Below, piece by piece: positions 14,154-42,060 of a DNA stretch of 64,000 bases. Source of the DNA: Felis catus (Eukaryota). Below the pieces are notes generated by a model. It was not told the origin of the DNA. It made no database searches and saw only the letters and a program-made list of their open reading frames with translations. The stretch is from the NCBI RefSeq assembly GCF_018350175.1, contig NC_058368.1:114702001-114766000 (forward strand), written 5' to 3'. The stretch's first letter is position 1, and the number at the start of each line of letters is the position of its first letter. A program made the position numbers and the translations under genes.

Positions 14154-16649
14154 AGGAGTTGCCCTTTTTTATGTGATCATGATATTGTTATATACTGCAA
14201 AATAATCCTTTTAGAAAACATTGAAATGTTAGAGTAAAATTCTAAGTGAAACCATCAGTGGGGAAGGCTTCATGGAGAGGGTAAATCAAGGATGTTTCAG
14301 AAATACAACGGCATAATATGCACTGGCAAATAGCAAGGTAGACAGGGACCAGGAGGGTAGGACTTGAATTTAAGCTACACCAGGAAGAAGAGGCAGTTGC
14401 CATTTAGGAAAGCTATGTTTCTTAATCCTTTTTTGGTCAGATTCCTTCAAAAAATCAGTAAATGGACTTTTTTTCCAGAAAAATTAAGTCTTGCATTTTA
14501 TGTTTTATGGACCTCCTGAAATTGCTCATGTGGACTCCCCACTCCCCTATTGTTCCAAATTCCCACCCTCTGGGATAGGTGCTCTAAGAACCTAAGAGCT
14601 TGTGATTTAGATGCACATGCAGCGTGGGTCTTGAATTCAAGTCCCTGAGATTGAGCGTCCCATGCTTCAGCATTGAGCCAACCAGATGCCCTTGGGCGTT
14701 GCTTGTTTCCTGATCTCAGAGTTGAAGTTCATAATTATTGAATGTTGGTTCAACTGCAATGTTCTTTTTAGGGTCAAGATTTCAGTTTCCTGACCTGCTG
14801 CAGCAGAAATGGGTTGGTGATTGTGCTTTGTATTAGGTTTAACCGTTTCAAATTGCTGATACTCAACTGTTGCTGACCAACTTAAATGGCTTTCAGTGGT
14901 TCTTTCTGGGATTGCTAAATTACCTTCATGCTGTACACAGATTAAGAAATGTAGGTCACCCTATAGCTTCTTCTATGTGAAGTTTTCACCCATTTTACCA
15001 TCCTGATAACTAGAGGACAAAAAAGAAATACAGCCCTTATATGGAGTCAGTTGAAGTGCCTGTGAAACAGTGAAGTGCCTTTGCCTGAAATCAGCGTATT
15101 TCCAAGGTCTAGGCTGTCTCTTCACCTCTGATCTTCTCATATACCATCTAGAAGAATTTGCTTTTATCTTTCTTGCTATGTAATCTCTAGGTTATATCTA
15201 AAATTAAGCCACATCCATAAATTACTTATTGAAAGTGTCTTCATAATGAAGTGTGGAGCACAGCATCTTAGTCTCCCTAGTAATTGATGCATTAATAGAC
15301 CTAATACATGTGTGGCCTTTCTTTCTACCAGTAATATGTACAGGACTCAAGGAAATCATCAGGTGAATCAAAACAAAGGCTATTCTGTAAATGAAATGGC
15401 CAATACTCTTAAAAAATGGCAGTGTCCTAAAAAGATACGGCAAAGGAACTATTCCTAGCTAAAATGAAATGTAACCCCTGACGAATGCCACATGTGATTT
15501 TTGATTGCTGACAACTCCAGGAAATCACCAAAATGGCAAAGATGTGATTTTAAGTTGGGAAAACTACTTAGAAGAATCCAACTAGTAAATTATACTAAGT
15601 GGTAGAAGTGGAGAAGGTGGTTCTGGATGTACTTTGATGGTCATTAAAATTTGACTTTTTTAGACTAGGCAAGAAGCACATTAGGATAATTAAGAAGCAC
15701 ATTTAGGATAATTGGTAAGATCCCTTAGGAAGGGAAACCACAAGTTTCTTTTGGAACCTATCAAGCAGTTGTCACTACAAAAGGGAGACTATTTGCAAAA
15801 TAAAAAACCTTTTGTCTTTGAAGGTTGTTTGCACCATCAGTTTTACGGGTAGGAATTGAAATACTGCTCTAGGTGTTCAATATACAAGGGGTAGCTGAGG
15901 CAGTGTCTTTTCAAGCACTGCTTTAACCTGATGCCAAGTATAAATCTTTAATAAAAAGCCACTAGTTCTTAAGCGGTGCTTTAGAAGTCCTTGAGGGGCT
16001 TAGTATCACAATGATTAGGAGACTCCAGAAGCATTCAGTGGGCAAGCGCTGACAAAGGTGCTAAGTATCTTCCAATATGCCATAAAACAATCCTTCACAA
16101 AGAATTAATATAATCCCATAAGGTTCCCAAGTATTCATGTAGCTGAAAACTTGAGCCTAGAATTTATTTTTCAAATGAATCCCCAGAAGTGTTTACATGG
16201 GTGTTAGGAACACTTAATTTTCCAGGAATGTAGTGGTTGTATAAACAATCTACATTAGAACATCATATTGACTTAAGTATACACGAATTTCACTTCTAGA
16301 TAATCAAAATAAAAGGAGGTATTATACCTGATGAGGTCTAAGCCCATGTTCTTGACTGACATTCCTTTGGGCATGGTAGAGGGCAGTAATACATGAAAGG
16401 AGGGGGGAGTCTGCTGGAAGACCACTGGCTAGGAAATGAATCTGAACACTAATCAGTTCCTGATGTTATCAAACCACTGAAATCCTAGGGCTTACTATTG
16501 GACATGCTTCTTGCAACCTGATAATAGTAGCCCTAGTTTCGATGCTAGACAAAAAGACTGTTGAATGGCTTTAGGTCAGGGAATTGGGAAATACGATTCG
16601 TGTCCTTTTCTTGAAGCTAAATCTCAGAACCTCACTTCTTATAAATAAG

Positions 16650-17315
16650 AGATCAAGATGCTTTTCATTTATTTTTAAAAATCCATACTGGATCAAAAAA
16701 GCAATCAAGGATACAGGTGCCAGACACAGGCCAGAAGGTAGCTAGAAAAGTATGCCTTAGGAAAGTTAGGGAGCCCTATTACTACCTTTTTTAAAGCTGC
16801 ACCTAACATCTATTTTCCCATTGATCTACCTTCTCCTGCCCTACCTCCCAACATGGCACAGCTGGCTTGCCTTGCAAGGCCTCAGTTGAAGAATCCCTCA
16901 TACACACACATAGGCTGGTTTAGCAGTTTCAACTGACTGGAAGGATCTCATCCCCATATGGTCTGAGAGGGCATTCCAGGTTTATGGGTAAGTACCTTCT
17001 TTATTGAGATGGTTTCACCTCTTGAAAATATGGCTACTAAAGCACAAAACAACAGTGTTTTTATAATGATCAGTAAATCATCTTCCCCTCCCTTTACATG
17101 CAGTTGAAAATTAACTAGGGACAGAGTACTCTGAACTTTGTATGGTTGGAATTCTCATTAAATGATCATTAGCTAATGGTTGCTGAATTTACATATTAAG
17201 GAAATTATATATAGAATACTGCAAAAACACAGTAAAAGACTGAAATTTGCCCATTTCTGCTCAGGAAGTTTCTTCACTCCCAAGCGTCATAATTTGACTC
17301 CAAAGTTTATTGGTA
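16650..17315 (-). other. HSPA9: HSPA9 3' UTR with candidate AATAAA signals at 17306-17311, 17000-17005, 16668-16673
   Basis: TTTATT hexamers on the + strand downstream of the stop; 3' end approximate. Confidence 0.7.
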
Positions 17316-33470
<16,155 letters not shown>

Positions 33471-35051
33471 GGCGGCTAGATGGTGGAAGTACGAAGCAGC
33501 AAATGCGCCCGGACGGCCGGAGCAGCGCGGCGCAGTAGTGGTAGCGCTTCTGGAAACCTCCAACCACGTGGGGTGGGGGGTGGGGGCTAGTTGCTGACGC
33601 CTGGAGGACCACTCTTCCGCTGAAGCGTCGCCCGGGTTGCCTGACCAGAGAGTATGGGACCCCTGCTCCCTGAGTTAGAGCACATGGCTAATACGCATCG
33701 CAGCATGATGGTTGGAAAAAGCATGACCTTTCGTTCCGCCTGCAGCAGGTCTGGGCTCAGTAAGTGGCGAGAGGGCTAAGAGAGGTTTAAAGGCAGCACT
33801 TTGGGCAGCCCCGGTCCTCGAAAACAGGAAAGACTCAAGGTCACACGGATAAATTGCGAACCGATTACAGAAGCCTTGCGTCAGTTGCGTGAGAGGAGGA
33901 GCCTGCTGCGCCTGCGCAGCTAGCATCCTGCCGCACGTCTAAGGCGCATGTGCGCAGGGCGTGGTGGAAACCGAGGTACTACAGCACTCATTGGATGCTT
34001 CAGCGCACGTGAGTTCGGCTCAGATTGTATCCCGGGGCGAGCGCGGGCGCGTGCACCATCCGCTAGGGTGGTCATTTTCCGCACTCTAATTTTTTGAGTA
34101 ACGGCGCCATCTTATCCTGGGCGTTTGTTCGTTGAAAATCTGTGGCTCAGAGCAGATTTGTTGGTCTGCTCCGTCTGTTGTTCGTCTTTTGGTTACCTGT
34201 TGGCCGTCATTTGAACTACACCTGGATGTGCAGATCTCAAATTCATGCCGTTTACCACGGGGATCTCTGGTTTTGAGCTACTAACGCAGCCTTTCGTTCA
34301 GAGAATTGGGTTGAATTGAGCTAATTATCGTTCAGACCCTCAAAATAAAAAAATACTTGATCTTAGGTTCTTTGCCTGCGCCCCCGTCCCGCCCTCCCCT
34401 CGCCGCCTCTGCTGTGCTAGGCCTCACTGAAGCTCCTCAATCCCGTCTCAAACCTGCTGGTTTCCAGGAACAGAAACTGTGGGCTCTGTAACGAGATGTC
34501 AGTGGCCACTGCACCGTGATCAGTTTCAGTTTTGCAAAGAGGTAGGAGTCTGATGAAACAAACAGGTACTGGAGTGCCTACCATGTGTCAAACACTGTTT
34601 TAAGTGGTGGAAATATAGTGAAAGCAAAACGTGAATTCACTAATGAGTTGACAGTGTCCTTGATTTTGAAGATGAAGCAACTTGGCTTTTAAGTCCTATT
34701 TCGAAGGAGGTGCTTTCCTCTTAGGCTATCACAGTTGTGTGAGGAATTGTGAAGGAAATGTCGGGGGAAGTTTGGGAGAGAAAGAAGATAACTAAAGAGT
34801 GTACATTGTGAGGAGGATGGAAGTGGGAGTGAGAAACAGAAAAGGCAAACATAACATTGGTCATAACAGACGAAACATTGTAATAAAAGTCACACTCTTA
34901 TCTAAGTCTTAACTATTATTTTTTAATTGTTACTAGTCTGCTTAATACTCTCATTTCTTTGTTTTTTTTAATTCCCTGAGAGGTAGACTTTTGACCCCTG
35001 TTGGTAGGGATTTGTATTCTAAAACAATATACTGATGGAAAAGAGTGTAGA

Positions 35052-35457
35052 TGATGTGGAAAATGCTGGGGTTTGGAGCCAACGCCCAAGAGAGAGTTAT
35101 TGAGATGTTTTCGGTGCATAAAGGTTTATCAAAGCACAGGGACAGGACTCGTGGGCAGAAAGAGCTGCACTGGTGTTGTGAAGGGTGACTGATGATATAT
35201 TTGGGAGTTGGGGAAAGCAAAGACCAGGGAAGTTTCCAAAAGGATTTTTGTGTGCTAAAGATTCACAGGATCCTGGAGGCCCAGCTATCGTCAAGCTAAG
35301 ATTGCTTTTCTCTCTAGTAAAGCATTAACATTAAGACAGTTGGGAGTTCCTGGAGGAATGTCATATTCTGTCTGTTGCAAATACTTGCCGGTGAGCTGCG
35401 GGTTAGAAGGAAACTTAATTTTATCTACATTTCTTTCTGGTTTTGTTCCCCACATCA
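35052..35457 (-). mobile_element. ERV solo LTR (406 bp)
   Basis: Termini TGATGTGG...CCACATCA, TSD GTAGA on both sides; degenerate poly-A signal suggests minus orientation. Confidence 0.85.
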
Positions 35458-35617
35458 GTAGAGGGGAAGGAGGAATGGTATTAAACATTGAAACAAAGTA
35501 GTAATTGATAACTTTGCATCTTTGTGTTGTGTATGTCGGGGAGGGAAGCGTTCAAGTGCAATAATTGGAGTAACTATAGTCTCCTCTCTTCCTTTTATCA
35601 ACTGGTTCTCTTAAGAG

Positions 35618-35648
35618 TTTGTTGTTGTTGTTGTTGTTGTTGTTGTTG
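35618..35648. repeat. (TTG)n microsatellite
   Basis: About 10 trinucleotide units. Confidence 0.95.
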
Positions 35649-37467
35649 CATATTTCTAAAGTCCACAAAGTATTAATCAAAAGAATCCTGGAATCAAATG
35701 GTGTTATCTTTAGAGTGTCTGAGACCAATGTTACTGTGGATGATTGAGGTTCCTGGTGGTTTCCCCAAGAGCCTGGCAAATATTTTCCATGACCACAAGG
35801 GGGATGTGGTAAGCTCTAGATACTCAAAGCTAGAGCCTGAGAATGGGGCTGTATTGTATTTGCCAGTGTGAAGGACAGGTTTCTGGACTGCTTGCAAATT
35901 AACACGGCCTATAGCCTGAAGGCTTGAAGAAATGAGCTTGAGTCTAAAAAGAAATAGGATGCAAATGAATAAGAATGGACAGTTAGATCCACAGCCAGGT
36001 GATATAATTCTTCACCATACAGCACAGTACTGTATTTCATTTCTCTGCTGTCATCTCAGTGTCACACAGGAAAGTGAAAGGAGCCAGTACACGAGTTGCA
36101 TGTGGGTAAATGTTTCCCAGACAGAACAGGCAGCTGTCCCAATACCTGTGCATACTATATTTTAAATTATATTCTAATTAGTATGATTAAAGGTTTTTTT
36201 TGGGGGGGGGCATATTTGAAGATTGAAAACTAGTTTCAATTGTTAAGTATTTAACTCCCAGCAGTTAATAGGAATTGTTATTAGATAGTAATCACTAATA
36301 CTTGTTAACTGTTTACTTAAATGCCACATATTGTCCTAAATGCTTTATATACATTCATTGTCTAATGAAGGCTTACCACAGTGGTTTTAAGTAGAATACT
36401 ATCAATATTCCCATTTTGCATGTGGAAACTAGGGTTTAGAATGGTTGATGTGTTATATGGCTCACATAACAACTGATTGGTAAAGTCAGAATTTGAAGCT
36501 AGATTATCTGACTCCAGAACCTATGTTGCTTCCCACTAGGCCCTGCTGCCGAAATGGGCCTCATCTTTTACCTCCACATACATGCAGAAGTTCAATTTTA
36601 TAATATCAGCCTAATCCAGTATTAACAACAGTTATTTCAGTCAGTGGAATAAAAGAGTTCGAAATATTTTTTAAAAATTTTGTGTAGTTAAGATTGCAGA
36701 ACAAACTGTAAAGTATAATCTATAATAGAACTCATAGAATCAAGTTTATATTTTTAAAGCAAAATGTCTTTAAATTGGTGACTCAGATGATGTTTTATTC
36801 ACTTTTCCCGAAGACGAATATCCTGCTGTGGCACCTTCCATCTTCATGAAATAAAAATGTGGCATACTTTTGTCACTTTTGTTCTCCTTGTCACTTTTGT
36901 CAGTTTTGGAACTTTTTTTTCACTTTTGTTCTCCTTGGAATTTTTCATGTACCTGTAGCAGGTCTCAGGAGCCAGTTTGCACTTCTCCATGCTGGCATTA
37001 GCTACACTATATTGGAGCATATTACATGGTGTCACTCCATTCAAGTTTGATTCAACAGAACTTGCCCCAGTGAAGCGTAGGAAGTATTATGTCAGGTGAT
37101 GTCTCTGTGCCCACAGGTGACAATTACTAGGTTTCATTTTATATTGAAAGCCTGGGTAACCCACCAACCTGCCCTCCTTCCAAAAAGAGAAAAGAAAAAT
37201 AGAGGATGACCCTGAAAGAAGAGTAAGCCAGGAATAAATGAAAATAAAATGTCACTCTGTTTAGATAGGACATTTGCATTCCATTGATACTGCAGTCTCA
37301 TTGCACAGGGTAAAAATCAGCCTCACTCTGGATTTTCATTCAGGTTTGGAAAACAATTGGCTCTTGGATAGGTCCAGAACCAATGTTTTGAAGCACCTAT
37401 TTGGGGAGGGAAGAAGGTCACCAGAAGCAGAGATTTGCTTTTCATGAAGATCCATTTAATAGTTAAT

Positions 37468-37685
37468 TTTTATTTTTTTTTTCAACATTTATTTATTTTT
37501 GGGACAGAGAGAGACAGAGCATGAACGGGGGAGGGGCAGAGAGAGAGGGAGACACAGAATCGGAAACAGGCTCCAGGCTCTGAGCCATCAGCCCAGAGCC
37601 TGACGCGGGGCTCGAACTCATGGACCGCGAGATCGTGACCTGGCTGAAGTCAGACGCTTAACCGACTGCGCCACCCAGGCGCCCC
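37468..37685 (-). mobile_element. Young CanSINE (SINEC_Fc-type)
   Basis: CpG-rich body; TSD TAATAGTTAATTT. Confidence 0.93.
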
Positions 37686-38395
37686 TAATAGTTAATTTCT
37701 AAAGGTAAAGGAGGCCTTTCTGAATTTTCTAGCTTAAAGGGCTTTAATTTTAATTAATCTTCATTAGCATGGTATAGTGAAAGGAACCTTGAGCTAGAAG
37801 TTGAATCTGAACTTGGGTTGTAGAAACACGGAAAGGAACTTAAGATACCTTTTAAAGTCTAACCTTTCATTTAATAGATGAGGAAGATAAAGAACAACTG
37901 TGTTGCCCAAGGTTACACAGACAGTGTTAGCTTCTGCTCCATAGCCTCCCTTTTTACTTGGTATGGTTTTTAGAAATCACCCACATGATTTCAAATTAAA
38001 TGTTCAATCAGTACAGAACCTTTTTCAAAATCTTACAGACAACTCTGGCTTATATATTCTTTGTCTTATCTTGTCCTCATTCCTGAAAGTACTGAGTTAG
38101 GGAGATTATGTCCACTATTTTTTCAGTTTCCCTGGATTACAGGCTCTCTATGTGAGGGGCTATTGGTTTCTAAGTTTCCCCACTGCTGCTCCCCAGCCAT
38201 CAGGAGAGGACGTGCCCAGGTTTCCTTAGGTGATGAAGATTTAATTGAAGGCTAGTTGGGGAAATACAGGCATTGTTCAGTATCCATAAAGCTAGAGTTT
38301 TGGAAGAACAAGGAGGGTGACTACTCTTTCTTAGGCCACAGGAAGACCTGGCCTATAGCAACCAGTTATTGGTCCTCCCTCAGAAATGGGCTTTT

Positions 38396-38527
38396 GGGGG
38401 ACGTCTGGGTGGCTAAGTCGTTTGAGCATCTGACTCTTGATGTTAGCTCAGGTCATGATCTCACAGTTGTGGGATCGAGCTCCATGTGGGGCTCTGCATT
38501 GACAGCCTGGAGCCTGCTTGGGATTCC

Positions 38528-38567
<40 letters not shown>

Positions 38568-38700
38568 GCCCCTCCCAGCTCATGCTCATGCCCATGCAAG
38601 CTCCCCCCCCCCCCTTTCTCTCTCTCTCTCTCTCTCTCTCCAAAATAAACATTTAACAAAAACCCACTCTTCTCTTAAAAAAAAAAAAGAAAGAAAGAAA
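38396..38700 (+). mobile_element. CanSINE
   Basis: Head, two (CT)n tracts; TSD AGAAATGGGCTT. Confidence 0.9.
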
Positions 38701-39984
38701 GAAATGGGCTTCTGACATTCCCATTTGTACTGATTCGGCCCTTTTTGTGGCTCAGCTTCTTGATGCCTGCTTCTCTAATTCTTCTATTGTTCTAGTTCCC
38801 AAACATCAGTAGGAAGCTCTAAGCATCCCACTCCTAGAGATTCTAGTCCTGTAGGTCTGAGGTGGGTCAAGGAATCTGTGTGTTTAAGTTTCACAGGGAA
38901 TTCTGATGGGGGTGGGGTGGGGCTTAAGGACCCACATCTTACTTAGAAATACCCCCAAGCACCCTGGTGTCCTCTGGTCTCCAAACTTTTTTGTTACACA
39001 TTCCTATTAGAAAAATATTTGAGCACACACCTCCATTATGTGTATATTTATGTATTTATATACACTTACATATATCTAGTACTATTATTAAACATATTTC
39101 AAATTCAAAATAAAAGTAAGAAAAAAATAAATGTAAACATATTTGAATATTTTCTTCCTGTACCCCAGTGTATTCCTGGGGCTGCTTACACCATCCTGGC
39201 TACCTTCCTACGTGGCTTGAACTAGTCATCCACAGGGAGTTCTGTTATTGTGTAAAGGCACAGAAAAGTGCCAAGTTATCTCAAGGGTCACTGGGTCAGT
39301 TTGTAGACCTTTGGTTTAGGTGCCAATTCCTTGTTTTATTTAACTAGCACTTGAGGGTGGGGTGGGGGTGGTGACTATGTATGTGACATGATGTGAAGCA
39401 AGCTGGTTTGCCTGGGAAGAGCCCTGTGACCCATTCTTTAGGGGAAAGGGGAATCTGTGAGCATGATAGTTGCTGGGGAGTTCATGAACACCTGTCTTCC
39501 ACCATAGAATGACAAACTGCTAGTGAGCGTGGCAAAGTACAAAGGCAACTCTACAGAGGCTGCGATTCAGGCCACCATGTATGTGTGTTCGCCCCAGCTT
39601 TGTGTGGCTTCCCAGAAGGAAGTTTGGTCTGCCTTGGGCTGTTGTATATGTATATGTTGTGTATGTGTGGATGGTGCTTGCCCACTTCTCTCTCATTCCA
39701 TTTAGAGCATGACTCCCTGGCTTGAGCTTGGGAGGTAGCTCTCAGGATTACAGGCAGTCAACAGAATGCCAGGACCCAGAGCCCTGGAGAACAGCACCTG
39801 TGTTTGATGGTCAAATCTATAGGTAGCTTAATGAGAAGTAGTAAATGAGTCTGAACTCAAATGAAGTTCTTCCCTGTACATGTACTCTGCTCTTGGATAT
39901 ACTCCCAGTGGCCAAAGAGACTTTACCTTAATTAATGCATTTGTGGTTCTTTGATACTGTTCTCTTACCCTAGGACATCATTTT

Positions 39985-40455
39985 GTTTTTGTTTTTTTAA
40001 CTTTTTAAAAAATATTTATTTATTTTGAGAGAGAAAAAGAGAGTGTGAGCGAGGGAGGGGCAGAGAGAGAGAGAGAGGGAGAGAGAATCCCAAGCAAGCT
40101 CCACACCATCAGCACAGAGCCCGATGCTGGGCTTGATTCCACGAACAGCAAGATCATGACCTGGGCCAAAATCAAGAGTCAGATGCTCAACTGACTGAGC
40201 CACCCAGGTGCTCCAGTTTTTGTTCTTTTGTTTTTTTTCCTAAAGTTTATTTATGTACTTGGGCAGGCAGGAGGGGGGGTGGTGGGTGGAGAGACAGAGA
40301 CAGAGAGAAAGAAAGAGAATCCCAAGCAAGCTCTTTGCTGTCATTGCAGAGGACCCAACATGGGGCTTAATCTCACGAACTGTGAGATCATGACCTGATC
40401 CAAAGGAAATCAAGAGTCAGATGCTTAACCAACTGAGCCACCCAGGCGATCCAGG
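39985..40455 (-). mobile_element. Two tandem CanSINEs
   Basis: Reverse heads at ~40212 and ~40452. Confidence 0.85.
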
Positions 40456-41064
40456 GCACCATTTTGTGTGAAGAGCATCATTTAACTGAGTTAGAGTAAC
40501 TGCATTTCAATGAGCAGATAAAGTGTTATTAAGAACTGGACACATTTCAGTGCATCCAGTACACTGAAATACCAGACACATTTCAAAAATCAAGTGACTT
40601 AATAATTAGTTATTAAAGTTGGAAATGGGTTCCTCACATTCCTTTGTCCAAGTAATTTTCTTACCCTTCCTTGGAGACTTTTTACATTTTCAGCTTTCTT
40701 CCATTGCCTCAGGTATTTGAGTGCTGGTCTTCTATACTGTCGAAGGCCAGGAAGGGTAGAACACTGTTTAGAGAGTTCTGCAGAGGAGAGACAGAGGGTG
40801 TACTTCTTGCATTCAGGGACGTTAACAATCATGTATATATCTCTATAGGTATATTTATAGGCATATTTGAAAATACTTTATTATGAATGTCATTGTTTTT
40901 CTCTTCATTTTATACTATTGAAAATCTCTAGGCTGGAAACATCCTTTTTTCCATCACTTTGCCTTTTCCCTGTCATCGTGTGTGCTTACCATTTTCATAT
41001 TCTGCTTTTTGTGTTTATCTTGTCTAAAGAGATCTGCTTCTCAACCTGGTCCCATGTACTTGTC

Positions 41065-41286
41065 TTTTTTTTTTTTTTTTTTTTTGCATTTATTTATTTT
41101 TGATAGAGACAGAGACAGAGCACAATGAGGGAGGGGCAGAGAGAGAAGGAGACACAGAATCTGAAGCAGGCTCCAGGGTCCGATCTGTCAGCACGGAGCT
41201 TGATGCCGGGCTCGAACTCACAAACTGCGAGATCATGACCTAAACCAAAGTCAGACACTTAACTGACTGAGCCACCGAGGTGCCCC
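41065..41286 (-). mobile_element. CanSINE
   Basis: Poly-T tail, reverse head; TSD TACTTGTC. Confidence 0.9.
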
Positions 41287-41649
41287 TATACTTGTCATTT
41301 TTGATGACTGTCTGTATAATCTGATTCTTTCTTGAGATTCACAGAATCCTCTGTGCTCCCACTTTTTAGCAGGATATGGGGAGAGATTTGCTGCATTTCT
41401 AAAATATCTTTGAAAACAAGCTGCATTTCATAACCAACGCCAACATTTACTCTTCCTCATGTTGAAGGTACGTGCAGGAAGCCACTGGGCACACCAACGT
41501 GTTGAATTCTCTTCTCTGAAGTCCATGTCTGTGGTTCTGGCTGGACTACTTGATGAGAAATCTCAGCAAGAGATCTCACACACCAAACTGGGGGAAATTA
41601 AGCTGACAAACTGCTTGATATTTCCAAAGAGTCATTTAAGTTCTGTCTA

Positions 41650-42060
41650 TTACTGCAGTGCTCAAAATGGAGACATAGTTCAGTGCTGTGATTAAAGTGA
41701 CTTTCACTGTTAGCCTCTTTGTTCTTGTAAGATATAGTGGTGAGCTATGGCCAGTTCATCATGTGGGAGTGTAATGGTTAGCTAAAGCTATTTTTCTCCA
41801 AAGGGCCAGGTTTTTTTTGTTTTTTGTGTTTTTTTTTTTTAGTTTTTCTTCAAAACTTCAGCTTTAGCAGGAAGGGGCCATAAATTCTGTGACATAGCTG
41901 CCTCCTTATCTGTCTTGGGAGTTATAGACTGCACACATAAGACAATTCATGTACCTCTGCATAATGAGGTAAGTTTTATAAATCATAAATCTTCACTTAA
42001 CATGCAGCTGGTGTTGGATGCCAGGTTTAGAAAAACTGATGTAGTTGCCAAGTTCATGAA
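41650..42060 (+). mobile_element. Decayed PIF/Harbinger transposase coding remnant
   Basis: Frame 41843-42055 reads KFCDIAASLSVLGVIDCTHKTIHVPLHNEVSFINHKSSLNMQLVLDARFRKTDVVAKF, fitting the Harbinger/HARBI1 GxIDCTH...NRK..S.N.Q.V.D block. Confidence 0.75.

Noticed and set aside
40545..40572. 9-bp inverted repeat ATTTCAGTG...CACTGAAAT
   Set aside because: Too short to exceed chance in 64 kb; no miRNA-length hairpin
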